From: Calditrichales bacterium
Lineage (GTDB): Bacteria; Calditrichota; Calditrichia; Calditrichales; J004
Direction of reading: 5' to 3'
Length of the DNA: 64,000 nucleotides
NCBI GenBank assembly: GCA_965267575.1
Contig: OZ254086.1
Span: forward strand, 672,001 to 736,000
The stretch's first letter is position 1, and every line of letters begins with the position of its first letter. Of this stretch, positions 29,001-37,536 are shown piece after piece. The position numbers and the translations under genes are program-made. The notes below the pieces were generated by a model. The model was not told where the DNA came from. It saw only the letters and a program-made list of their open reading frames with translations, and did not search any database.

Positions 29001-29873
29001 AGCATCGCCGAATTCACCGCTGATATAAAAAAGAACATCTCCGTTACCTTTAGCTGCCCGGATGGCGTTCTGCCCGTTCTGGCAGATGCGGGACAGCTTG
29101 ATCAAATCCTGCAACAGGTGCTGCAAAATGCGGCGGATGCCATAGAACATGAAGGCCGCATTGAGGTGGACTGCGGTTTCCGGCAGCTGACGCGCAAAGA
29201 AATACCCGAAGCACACGGTCTGGAAGAGGGCACGTATGTATTCATATCCGTGCGCGATAATGGCCGTGGCATCAGTGAAGAAATCCGGGACAAAATTTTT
29301 GAGCCTTTTTACACCACAAAAGAGCGCGCCCGCGGCAGCGGTCTGGGCCTCTCCGTTGTACATGGCTATCTTAACAGCAACAAGGCGTTTGCCCGCGTCG
29401 ATTCGGTCCCGGGGGAAGGCACGACATTTAGCCTCTTTTTTCCGGCAGGCAAGCTGCAGGAGCAGCCGGATAAGCGCAGCAATAAACCGCGGCAAACCGT
29501 CGAGGCAAAAGGAACCGTGCTAGTAATCGATGACGAAAGCAGTATGCGTGAAATGATAAAAGACGCCTTGCAGATGAAGGATTACACTGTGGACGGCGCG
29601 TCCGGCGGTGAAGAGGGTCTTGCCCTGATCCAAAGCGGCAAGAAATATAAGCTCATTATTCTCGACATGATCATGCCGGGTATGGGTGGTGACGAGGTTC
29701 TGCTCCACCTGCGTGAAATGGATTTCTGCGGCAAAGTTCTCGTCATATCGGGCTTTAGCAATAAGACACATTTTGAGCGCGGCGCTTCCATCAAACCGGA
29801 CGGATTTCTGGAAAAGCCTTTCACGGTTGAACAGCTTCAGGAGAAAGCCGGCCGTTTACTGACCTCCGCGTAA
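26067..29873 (+). CDS. Hybrid sensor histidine kinase (beta-propeller, Y_Y_Y, PAS, HisKA, HATPase, REC)
   Basis: Reg_prop repeats, YxxLPPGEYIF, one TM, PAS, AHDFNNLL, DNGRG, FEPFYTTK, GSGLGL and a C-terminal REC (LDMIMP, KPF). Confidence 0.93.
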   Translation: MQGFSKSIFFCLIFGALSLFGQQYPVKNYTIDEGLPSPNIMDVDQDPSGRMWFASRAGIISYDGFSWTHHKKLFLDHARFVSADRGNVIWAASSHLRYGIAYFSDESWHILNPDASMPDYILTDLVLSEKNGHTEIYLATSVGVVVHYNGREWKRYDNRHGLPAAHIYKMKMAGNALYVLAKNGIYHLNGDRFEKIDISFDNMHRVLGFTFGLRGQLIAVGRGWIAVQKGNTFEYKAFERVYNIYEFSNIFLDDRNRLYIPTAFRLLQYDLDSGDIMELGRRNGLLMDVPSSVFQDREKNLWMIASVGISKISSRRFITLNKNSGLLNDEVSAIVEYKPGHFVLGHNTGYTFYDGENFTRVAVTEETGSLEHGVSRIWDLARQNDGTIWSASIFHGISRIKGNATTWYFKQDRPGHVSVCVDAKDRVWAMIKRGIYMFTGDTFKLFFTIPEGIGNARKIFAGTDGSLFLASDISGIIHIKKDKTYKVYRVTGNSFRNNTYALYAEENGNLLVGTAAGLSRVEGDSLAAARGFPPIDYPVYSIIRDDRENFWIGTDRGVVFWDGEKSRRFTHDDGLAGNEMNRSAALQDSKGRIWLGSDFGITIYDYNYDRSDIPAPVVEIGSVVHNDGEIAPAGTQKLHSPGNTIDINFAVISFRDENEIEAQYMLEGFDAQWVTQKPLRISEARYNRLPPGEYIFKLRARSPESAWSSIVQSSPIVITVPFYKRLWFALLVTALMVTMVFVSYLAVNRQKQARMLEEEVQRRTDELKLSEEKFRDFFRHSHDLLFFADASGIINEINAAGASLLDKENPAQVAGIPLDAFFEADPQWADTRSRLLETSSVRDVTLNLQTRSGLRIVLFSADLVFDKKGDVSGWRGTIKDITDRQKMHEQNSYLAKMETISQMAGGIAHDFNNLLGAILGYASLLKLKKSKQDADYGALETIEQSAQRGSLLTKQMLAFARRTRTVRTDFDLRARIEKSIAEFTADIKKNISVTFSCPDGVLPVLADAGQLDQILQQVLQNAADAIEHEGRIEVDCGFRQLTRKEIPEAHGLEEGTYVFISVRDNGRGISEEIRDKIFEPFYTTKERARGSGLGLSVVHGYLNSNKAFARVDSVPGEGTTFSLFFPAGKLQEQPDKRSNKPRQTVEAKGTVLVIDDESSMREMIKDALQMKDYTVDGASGGEEGLALIQSGKKYKLIILDMIMPGMGGDEVLLHLREMDFCGKVLVISGFSNKTHFERGASIKPDGFLEKPFTVEQLQEKAGRLLTSA

Positions 29874-29994
29874 TACCTCCCACACCGATTCTTTTACAGC
29901 TTATTAACCCAAACAGCCACAAGCAAAAGCAACCTTGTGGGGGCCTGGCCGTACTCTTAGTTTTTGCGCCACCAAAACAAACGGAGCCAAAATC

Positions 29995-32900
29995 GTGCGA
30001 GCCATTCTTCTTGCGCTTACCATCAGTACCATTTTATCCGCAGGGTCGCTTTCCTTTCAGAACCTTTCTCCGCGAAACGGCCTTTCCGATATCTTTGTCT
30101 CCGACATTGTCCAGGATCCCAACGGCTTTATCTGGCTGGCCACGCACGACGGCCTGAACCGTTTTGACGGCCAAAACATCCGTATTTTCCGTCATGAGCC
30201 GGGCGACTCGTCAGCGATTGCCGGCAGCTGGATTAACCGGCTGTTGTGCGATAAGGAAGGACGCATCTACTGCCAGCTTGGTATTGGTGGCGTGGCCGTA
30301 TATCACCCTGAGGATCAGCGCTTTAGCTGGCTCAATTCATCCAACGGCCTCAGCAGCAACCTGATACAGGATATGCAGGTCGATGATCAGGGCCGTGTCT
30401 GGCTGGCCACGCCCGCCGGCCTGGATATGATCCCGCCGGATTCCTCCAGACCATTGAGCATTACCTCCGCCGATGCTTACCGTATCGCTTTCGACGGCAG
30501 CGGCGGCATTTGGCTGGCTCTGAAAAACGGCGGTATTATGCGTCTTTTCCTTCAGCCCGACGGGCAGTTCAGCCAACAGCTTTTCGCGGAATTTGAGGCG
30601 CGCATCAGCACGATGCTGGCGCGCGGCAAAAATGTCTGGGTGGCCACGCAAAACGGCCAGATCATGGTGTTCCGGGTGGAAAAAGGGGACGCCTATTACG
30701 AGACAATCTATACCATTTCCGACCGGGCCCCGGTGCTACGCATGGCCCTGCACGAAAACACGCTGTTTGCCCTTACCGCCAACGGGCTCGCGCGGATCGA
30801 AGAAAATATTATCCCCGGCAAGACAGGCTACATCTGGCAACCGGACAATCAACCAAACAGGCTTAGCAGCATGCGCCTGCTGGAATCCACCCGCGAGATC
30901 TGGATTACGGCCAATGGCGCCGCTCATTTTTACAGATTCGACCTGGCAACATCCACAATTCAAAAAGACTCTTTCACTTCACGCGCCCGGGCGCTCTATC
31001 TCACACGGATGTTCAAGGACGATCGCGGCGGCCTCTGGATTGCCAGCGAGCATGAAGGCGCTTTTTACCATACGCCCTACAAAAACGGGTTTACAAAAGT
31101 GCTCAGCGCTGAAAACAACATCACGGCGACAGAGACGACGGGCAAAAATATTTACGCGGCGGCGGGCGGAAAACTGGCCATTCTGCGCGATAAAAAAATC
31201 ATATGGCACGAAGATCCGGACGCCGGCCACATCAGTGCCCTGCATTATGACGAAAACAACGGGCTGTGGCTGGGAATGGCCGACGGCTCGTTAGCCCTTT
31301 GGGATACACTGGCGCGCACGATGATCTCTAAAAAACGCATAACCAAAAACGCGCCCATTCGCTGCATCACGGCTGAAGATGCCGACCATCTGTGGATCGG
31401 TACGGACAACAACGGGCTGGTACTTTTTAACCATCAAACAGGACACCGGCGTCTCTGGCATACCGGCAGCAGCCCGCAAAGCCTTTCGTCACCCTTTGTC
31501 TGGTCACTGTTGAACGAGGACAAATATCTGTGGATCGGGCTGGCGGCCGGCGGCCTGAACAGGCTGGACAAAAACAGCGGCCGCGTGGAGCGTTTTTTGC
31601 CCGGTGAGCCGCCATATCATCTAAACAATCTTACCGTTTCAGTGATGCATAAAGACAGCGCCGGCTACCTGTGGCTGGGCACATACAGCGGTGGTCTGAA
31701 CCGCTACGATCCCGTAACCGGTCACTTTAAGGCGCTCACTGAAAAAGACGGCCTTAGCGGCAACATGATAAAAGGTATTCTGGAAGCAGAGGACGGCTTT
31801 TTGTGGATCAGCACCAACGGAGGCGTAACAAGGCTTAACACGGTCGATCTCTCCATGACCCATTTTGACCGCAACGACGGACTGCAGGCGGCCGCGCTGC
31901 TTACCCGTGGTGTGGCTTTACGTGATCACGAAGGACGGCTCTATTTTGGAGGGCAGCATGGCCTGGACCGCATTGACCCGGCAGAGCTGCGCAGCAATCC
32001 GCTGCCTCCGCGCACGGTAATCGAGCGTATGCGCGTGGTGAACAATCCAGGCGGAGAAGCTACACATATGGCGGCGTTCAGCGGAGAGCGCACAATGCAG
32101 CTTGCCTACGACCAGAACGTGCTTGAATTCAGCTTTGTGGCCCCGGATTACAGCCACCCGGCCAAGATAACCTACGCCTACAAACTGGATGGCGTGGACC
32201 GGGACTGGCAGTACACGCGGGAAAGGCGTTCGGCGGTTTACAGCAACCTGGGTCCCGGCAGCTATGTTTTCCAGGTAAGGGCGGCCAGCAATGACGGCCT
32301 GTGGAATCCGCGGCCGGCGCGGCTTTTTCTGACCATTACGCCGCCCTTCTGGCAAACCGGCTGGTTTTACGCGCTGGCTGTTTCCGTCGCTTTGCTGATT
32401 GTTGTTCTGGCCTATCGCCGGCATCTGTCGCATAAAACACGCCAGGCGGTAGAGCGCGAACGCATCCGCGTGCAGGAACAGGCCCGTGTGCGCAGCAAAA
32501 CGGCGCACGATTTCCACGATGAGCTGGGACACCGTCTTACACGTATCGCCTTTCTTTGCCGCCAGATGGACCTTTTGCCCACGTTTTCCGAAGCCGAATT
32601 GCGCAAAATGATCAGCCAGATCCAGGATAACACCAATCAGCTTTACATGGGCGCGCGTGACTTTATCTGGGCCATCGATCCGCGCAACGACAGCTTTTAT
32701 GAAATGGCCATCCGCATGAAAGATTTTGGTGATGAATTGTTTGACGGCAGCTCCGTACATTTCCAGGTGGATGGTTTTGATCAGCGCATGCAAAAGCTTT
32801 TTCTGGACATGGACCGCCGCCGCCATATTCCGCTGATCTTTAAGGAGGCGATGAACAATATTTTTAAATACGCCGGGGCCGCCCGCGTCAGCCTGCGTTT

Positions 32901-33174
32901 TGCCTGCAGCGGCAATGAGTTTTCAATAACACTGCGCGACGACGGCAACGGCTTTGATCCGCATAACGTTCGCCGCGGCATCGGACTGGAAAGTATGCGC
33001 ATGCGCGCCGAAAAAAGCGATGTACTGCTAAAAATACATTCGGAACCGGGCGCCGGCACGGAAATAACCTGCCGCGGAAAAATCACCCAACAAGGGGGAT
33101 TGCGCCGGATCGTGGCCGGGCGTATTCATAAGCAGGTTACAAATAACAAAGGAACGGAAGTACATGAAAGATGA
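29995..33174 (+). CDS. Sensor histidine kinase (beta-propeller, Y_Y_Y, HisKA_3, HATPase)
   Basis: Reg_prop repeats, YSNLGPGSYVF, PPFWQT TM, DFHDELG, EAMNN, DDGNGF and GIGL. GTG start at 29995 with a GGAG RBS. Confidence 0.92.
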   Translation: MRAILLALTISTILSAGSLSFQNLSPRNGLSDIFVSDIVQDPNGFIWLATHDGLNRFDGQNIRIFRHEPGDSSAIAGSWINRLLCDKEGRIYCQLGIGGVAVYHPEDQRFSWLNSSNGLSSNLIQDMQVDDQGRVWLATPAGLDMIPPDSSRPLSITSADAYRIAFDGSGGIWLALKNGGIMRLFLQPDGQFSQQLFAEFEARISTMLARGKNVWVATQNGQIMVFRVEKGDAYYETIYTISDRAPVLRMALHENTLFALTANGLARIEENIIPGKTGYIWQPDNQPNRLSSMRLLESTREIWITANGAAHFYRFDLATSTIQKDSFTSRARALYLTRMFKDDRGGLWIASEHEGAFYHTPYKNGFTKVLSAENNITATETTGKNIYAAAGGKLAILRDKKIIWHEDPDAGHISALHYDENNGLWLGMADGSLALWDTLARTMISKKRITKNAPIRCITAEDADHLWIGTDNNGLVLFNHQTGHRRLWHTGSSPQSLSSPFVWSLLNEDKYLWIGLAAGGLNRLDKNSGRVERFLPGEPPYHLNNLTVSVMHKDSAGYLWLGTYSGGLNRYDPVTGHFKALTEKDGLSGNMIKGILEAEDGFLWISTNGGVTRLNTVDLSMTHFDRNDGLQAAALLTRGVALRDHEGRLYFGGQHGLDRIDPAELRSNPLPPRTVIERMRVVNNPGGEATHMAAFSGERTMQLAYDQNVLEFSFVAPDYSHPAKITYAYKLDGVDRDWQYTRERRSAVYSNLGPGSYVFQVRAASNDGLWNPRPARLFLTITPPFWQTGWFYALAVSVALLIVVLAYRRHLSHKTRQAVERERIRVQEQARVRSKTAHDFHDELGHRLTRIAFLCRQMDLLPTFSEAELRKMISQIQDNTNQLYMGARDFIWAIDPRNDSFYEMAIRMKDFGDELFDGSSVHFQVDGFDQRMQKLFLDMDRRRHIPLIFKEAMNNIFKYAGAARVSLRFACSGNEFSITLRDDGNGFDPHNVRRGIGLESMRMRAEKSDVLLKIHSEPGAGTEITCRGKITQQGGLRRIVAGRIHKQVTNNKGTEVHER
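33081..33101. promoter_or_regulatory. Palindromic motif AATCACCC-N5-GGGGGATT upstream of the response regulator
   Basis: Near-identical to the copy at 33800-33820. Imperfect 8-5-8 inverted repeat. Confidence 0.6.
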
Positions 33175-33796
33175 AACGATGATCAGTGTGGCCGTTGTGG
33201 AAGACGATGAACTAATCCGCGATGGCTTAAGCAGTCTGCTCGCCTACACACCGGGCTTTTCGCTGATTGCTTCATACGAGGCCTGCGAGCCTCTGCTGGA
33301 AAACCTGCAAACGCTGGACCCGGACGTGATCCTGATGGACGTGGGGCTGCCGGGCATAAGCGGCATTGAGGGCACGCGGCAGGTGAAAAAACAGCGCCCG
33401 CAGCAGGATATCATCATCCTTACCGTGCAGGACAATGACGACCTGGTGTTCGAAGCGTTGTGCGCCGGTGCCTGCGGCTATCTCACCAAGAACGTGGAGC
33501 CGGCGCGGTTGATCGAATCAATCCGCGATGTGCATAACGGCGGCGCCCCGATGAGCACGGCCATTGCCCGCAAGGTGATCTCCTCCTTCCAGCGCAACCA
33601 GCAATCACCGCTTACCCCGCGCGAAACCGAGGTGCTGGAACTACTGACCAAAGGCAAAAGCTACACCATGATCGCCGATGATTTATACGTGGACAAGGAA
33701 ACAATCCGCACACACATAAAAAATATTTACCGCAAACTGGAAGTACACTCCCGCGCCGAGGCCATCGAGAAGGCCCTTTCCCAAAAACTTGTCTGA
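33164..33796 (+). CDS. NarL/LuxR-family DNA-binding response regulator
   Basis: REC (EDD, MDVGLP, GACGYLTK) plus LuxR HTH (LTPRETEVL, HIKNIYRKLEV). Confidence 0.95.
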   Translation: MKDETMISVAVVEDDELIRDGLSSLLAYTPGFSLIASYEACEPLLENLQTLDPDVILMDVGLPGISGIEGTRQVKKQRPQQDIIILTVQDNDDLVFEALCAGACGYLTKNVEPARLIESIRDVHNGGAPMSTAIARKVISSFQRNQQSPLTPRETEVLELLTKGKSYTMIADDLYVDKETIRTHIKNIYRKLEVHSRAEAIEKALSQKLV

Positions 33797-33799
33797 AAA

Positions 33800-33820
33800 A
33801 ATCACCCAAACGAGGGGATT
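33800..33820. promoter_or_regulatory. Palindromic motif AATCACCC-N5-AGGGGATT upstream of the FG-GAP gene
   Basis: Second copy of the motif, followed about 20 nt later by TATATT (possible -10). Confidence 0.62.
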
Positions 33821-33879
33821 TACCCGCCATACAGGCAGCGTATATTGCAGTCAATTGTCAAACCAAACATGGGGGAGCC

Positions 33880-36243
33880 ATGAGACTGCAATCGATCATT
33901 CTACTGATCACGCTGCCTGTTTTTTTATGGGCGCAAACATTCACTAAAGTTACCGATGACAGCAATCCTGTTGTCAGCGCCAATTATCCGGGCAACTATT
34001 CCGGCACCGCGTTTATCGATTTTGACAACGATGGTGTGCTGGACCTTTACAACACCAACACCTTTCTGTTTCGCGGATTGGGCGGCGGTGACTTTGAACA
34101 ACTGAACACGGTTATCGGCAGTAATATCAATATTCAGCTTGGTAACGGCACATCCTGGGCCGATGCCGACAATGACGGCGACCTGGATTGCTTTTACGCC
34201 GGCAATCCCAGCCTGGTATACCTCAATAACGGCGACGGCACATTTACGGAAAGCACGGGCGGCGACCTGAACCGCGACGTGGATAACCGCGGCTGGACCG
34301 GCGCCTGGGGCGATTATGACAACGACGGCTTCGTGGATGTGGTTATCGCTCACCCGGCCGGCTTTATCGGGCTGCCGACGCCGTCTCACCTGTTGCATAA
34401 TGACGGCGACGGTCGCTTCACCAAAGTGGATACCTTTCACTTTACGCAGAACACCGCGCCATACACCGTTGCCACCTGGAACGATTTTGACCTGGACGGC
34501 GACATCGACCTGTTTATCGGCAGCGGTCCCGCCGGGACTTCGGCGCCGGACAATATTTACCGCAATATGCTGCAGGAAACGGGCACGGCCGACCTGGTGC
34601 GCATAACCGATCTGCCTTTTGCCACAGACGAACAGGACGGCCAGACCTGGAACTGGGTGGACTATGACAACGACGGCGATCTGGATGGTTTTATTACCAA
34701 CTACGGCGGCGCGCCAAACCGTTTCTATGTCAATGAAAACGGTACCTACAACTCCGTGCAGAATGCCATGACCATTGCCGGCAACCACCTGGCCAACAGC
34801 TGGGGCGACCTGGACAATGACGGCGACCTGGATGTCATCATCAGCAGCGAAAGCGGCAATCTCTATTTCCGCAATGATGACGGCACCTTCGTTTCAGCAT
34901 CCGCTGCTTTTGTTAAGACCGGCGCCACCCGCGGCGTTACGCTGGGCGATGTGGACAACGATGGCGACCTGGACGTCTTTATTTCCGGCGGCGGCGACGG
35001 AGCCGGCTATTACCTCAATGAAAGCGGCAACAGCAACAACTGGCTGATCGTCTCGCTGGAGGGTACGGTCTCCAACAAAGCAGCCATTGGCGCCAAAGTG
35101 CGTGTACGCGCTCAAATCGGCGATGAGACGGTCTGGCAGATGCGCGAGATTTCCGCACAGAACAGTTTTAACAGCCACAACAGCCTGCGCGCCCATTTCG
35201 GCCTGGCCCAGACATCCACGGTAGATTCGCTGATCGTGGAATGGCCATCGGGACAGAAAACAGAGATGGGCGAGCTTTCCGCCAACCAGTTTCTGTCTAT
35301 CCGGGAAGAGGTGCCGGCAGGATTTCTGCGTGCCAACTTCAGAGCCGATAATGTCACCGGGCCGGACACGCTGACGGTGCAGTTTGAAGATCTCAGCATT
35401 GCCGATCCTGACCAGCCCGTTGTCTCTTATGCCTGGGATTTTAACGAAGACGGCATCACGGATTCCGAAGAGCAAAATCCGTCCTATGGTTTTAACGACG
35501 ATGACAGCCTCTATTCGGTGACGCTGACCGTAAGAACGGCCACGGACAGCATGACTTTCACCCGGGAAAACTATATCCGCATGACAGGCGCCCTGCCGGA
35601 CATTCAAATGTCCGAAGCCGGCTTTTCATTCGGACGCATTTTGAACGATGTTGCCGAAGTGGACACTTCATTCTATGTTTACAACTCGGGCACCGCGCCG
35701 GACACGCTGACGGCCTACCTGACCAACATCCGCTCGGAAACGGACAGCAGCGGCCAGAAGGTGGAGCCGGAAATGTTTGTAGTGGCGCCGATGGATTCGC
35801 ATGAAGTCACTTTTACGTTTTATCCGCCGCAACTCTCTATCGGGCTGCACCGCACCGAGATCATCATCGAGGCGCGTAACAATCCGGAACAGCAAATGTG
35901 GGCCAAGCGCATGACCTTTAACATCGCCCTGGCCTCGTCAATCGGCGATGATACGCAAAAGCCGCTGCGTTTCGCCCTGCAGGGCAACTACCCCAATCCG
36001 TTTAATCCTTCTACGCGGATTGCCTTTTCGCTGGCGGCCAGGTCTGACGTGGAACTGGCGGTTTACAACAGCGCGGGGCAAAAGATCAGAACGCTGATAC
36101 GCAACCCGATGAACGCCGGTGAGCATCACGTAACCTGGGACGGCCGCAATGAAAAAGGTGAAGCCGTCGCTTCGGGGCTCTATTTTTACCGTATCCGCGC
36201 CGGTGCTTTTGTAGCCACACGCAAAATGGTACTGATACGCTGA
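33880..36243 (+). CDS. Secreted FG-GAP/ASPIC-UnbV (CRTAC1-like) protein with PKD, Ig-like and FlgD/T9SS-type C-terminal domains
   Basis: Signal peptide, seven D-x-D-x-D-G repeats, AHFGL...IVEWPSG, PKD (SYAWDFNEDG) and NYPNPFNP...WDGRN...SGLYFY. Confidence 0.9.
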   Translation: MRLQSIILLITLPVFLWAQTFTKVTDDSNPVVSANYPGNYSGTAFIDFDNDGVLDLYNTNTFLFRGLGGGDFEQLNTVIGSNINIQLGNGTSWADADNDGDLDCFYAGNPSLVYLNNGDGTFTESTGGDLNRDVDNRGWTGAWGDYDNDGFVDVVIAHPAGFIGLPTPSHLLHNDGDGRFTKVDTFHFTQNTAPYTVATWNDFDLDGDIDLFIGSGPAGTSAPDNIYRNMLQETGTADLVRITDLPFATDEQDGQTWNWVDYDNDGDLDGFITNYGGAPNRFYVNENGTYNSVQNAMTIAGNHLANSWGDLDNDGDLDVIISSESGNLYFRNDDGTFVSASAAFVKTGATRGVTLGDVDNDGDLDVFISGGGDGAGYYLNESGNSNNWLIVSLEGTVSNKAAIGAKVRVRAQIGDETVWQMREISAQNSFNSHNSLRAHFGLAQTSTVDSLIVEWPSGQKTEMGELSANQFLSIREEVPAGFLRANFRADNVTGPDTLTVQFEDLSIADPDQPVVSYAWDFNEDGITDSEEQNPSYGFNDDDSLYSVTLTVRTATDSMTFTRENYIRMTGALPDIQMSEAGFSFGRILNDVAEVDTSFYVYNSGTAPDTLTAYLTNIRSETDSSGQKVEPEMFVVAPMDSHEVTFTFYPPQLSIGLHRTEIIIEARNNPEQQMWAKRMTFNIALASSIGDDTQKPLRFALQGNYPNPFNPSTRIAFSLAARSDVELAVYNSAGQKIRTLIRNPMNAGEHHVTWDGRNEKGEAVASGLYFYRIRAGAFVATRKMVLIR

Positions 36244-36292
36244 CAATATTCGTAAAGCAGGCAGTCGAACAATCAGGAACAGAGGAAAAATT

Positions 36293-36934
36293 ATGCAGAG
36301 CAACACAGAACTAAAAAAATGGATACAAATTGCTATCATCAGCGGCTTCGCGGCGGACGCCTGCTACCTGCTGGCCACACAGGTTTCCATATCACCCTCC
36401 GTGAACCGTCTTCTGTTCTTCGCCTTCGGCCCGTTTATGATTGTGTCCGTAACCGGTTTGTATAAGCTGCTTACACACGAACGCGGCAGCATAGCGGCGC
36501 AGCTGGGGACGCTCTTCCTGGTATTGTCCGGCGTCACCCATACGATCATGGCCACCATGCAGGGCGCCAACCGCGTGAGGATGCGTGAGCTGATTGCCGG
36601 GGCGGAAGGTCCGTCACAGGAAGAAATATACAAGGCGGTTTACCGCGGTGTTTTTTCCAGCCAGGCCGGCGTGGATATGGCCTTTGATATTTTTATCTCG
36701 CTGGGTGTGATCCTGGTGGCGCTGTCTATGTGGCATCGGCCGGGTTTCGGCCGTATCGTCAGCATACTGGGCATTGTGATAGCCGCGACCGGGCTTTCGT
36801 TTAACGTCATCGCTTTTCCGCATAATGCCGGCAATGTAGGTCTGGTTGACCCCGGGCCCTTTTTCGGCTTCTGGTTTCTGGTCGTTGTTATCCTGATGAT
36901 CCGGGCGCTGCCTAAAGTTCCGGCACAGGCCTGA
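36293..36934 (+). CDS. Hypothetical multi-pass membrane protein (DUF4386-like)
   Basis: About six hydrophobic helices, GAGG RBS, co-oriented with the upstream gene. Confidence 0.7.
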   Translation: MQSNTELKKWIQIAIISGFAADACYLLATQVSISPSVNRLLFFAFGPFMIVSVTGLYKLLTHERGSIAAQLGTLFLVLSGVTHTIMATMQGANRVRMRELIAGAEGPSQEEIYKAVYRGVFSSQAGVDMAFDIFISLGVILVALSMWHRPGFGRIVSILGIVIAATGLSFNVIAFPHNAGNVGLVDPGPFFGFWFLVVVILMIRALPKVPAQA

Positions 36935-36965
36935 ACCAATCACCACAGAAAAAGGAGTAACCGAC

Positions 36966-37463
36966 ATGATTCTTACATCCTTTCGCATCACGCTGCTGGC
37001 CTTAACGATGCTTTTCGCCATTGCCCAGCAGCAGCCCTGCCAGAGCGAGCAGGCGAGACAGTTCGACTTCTGGCTGGGTAACTGGGATGCCAGCTGGGAA
37101 GGCGGCAGCGGCAGCAACAGCGTCAGTAAAATACTGGGGAGCTGCGTAGTGTATGAGCAGTTTGAGGCCAACGATGAAAAGCCGCTGATCGGCAAGAGCG
37201 TTTCCGTTTACGACCCGCGGGCCAACGTCTGGCGGCAAACCTGGGTGGACAACAGCGGCGGCTATCTGGATTTTGAAGGCGGCTGGCAGAGTGACAGGAT
37301 GGTCCTTTCGCGCAGCTTTGAGCGCAACGGCAAGACCATTATGCAGCGCATGGTGTGGTACAACATTAAACAGGATGCTTTTGACTGGAACTGGGAAAAA
37401 TCGGAGGATGGCGGCGAAAGCTGGACAGTGAACTGGCAGATACATTACACGCGCCGCAAATAA
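36966..37463 (+). CDS. Secreted Trp-rich beta-barrel protein (DUF1579-like)
   Basis: QFDFWLGNW, WRQTWVD and SEDGGESW; AAGGAG RBS. Confidence 0.75.
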   Translation: MILTSFRITLLALTMLFAIAQQQPCQSEQARQFDFWLGNWDASWEGGSGSNSVSKILGSCVVYEQFEANDEKPLIGKSVSVYDPRANVWRQTWVDNSGGYLDFEGGWQSDRMVLSRSFERNGKTIMQRMVWYNIKQDAFDWNWEKSEDGGESWTVNWQIHYTRRK

Positions 37464-37488
37464 CCGAGGGGTAGCGCACCTTCCCCGG

Positions 37489-37530
37489 AAGCGTTGCTTT
37501 TTGCCAATTGGCAGGGGCAACGCTTTTTTT
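37489..37530 (+). terminator. Rho-independent terminator
   Basis: AAGCGTTGCTTTTTGCC/GGCAGGGGCAACGCTT stem followed by a T run, between convergent genes. Confidence 0.75.
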
Positions 37531-37536
37531 ATAGTT

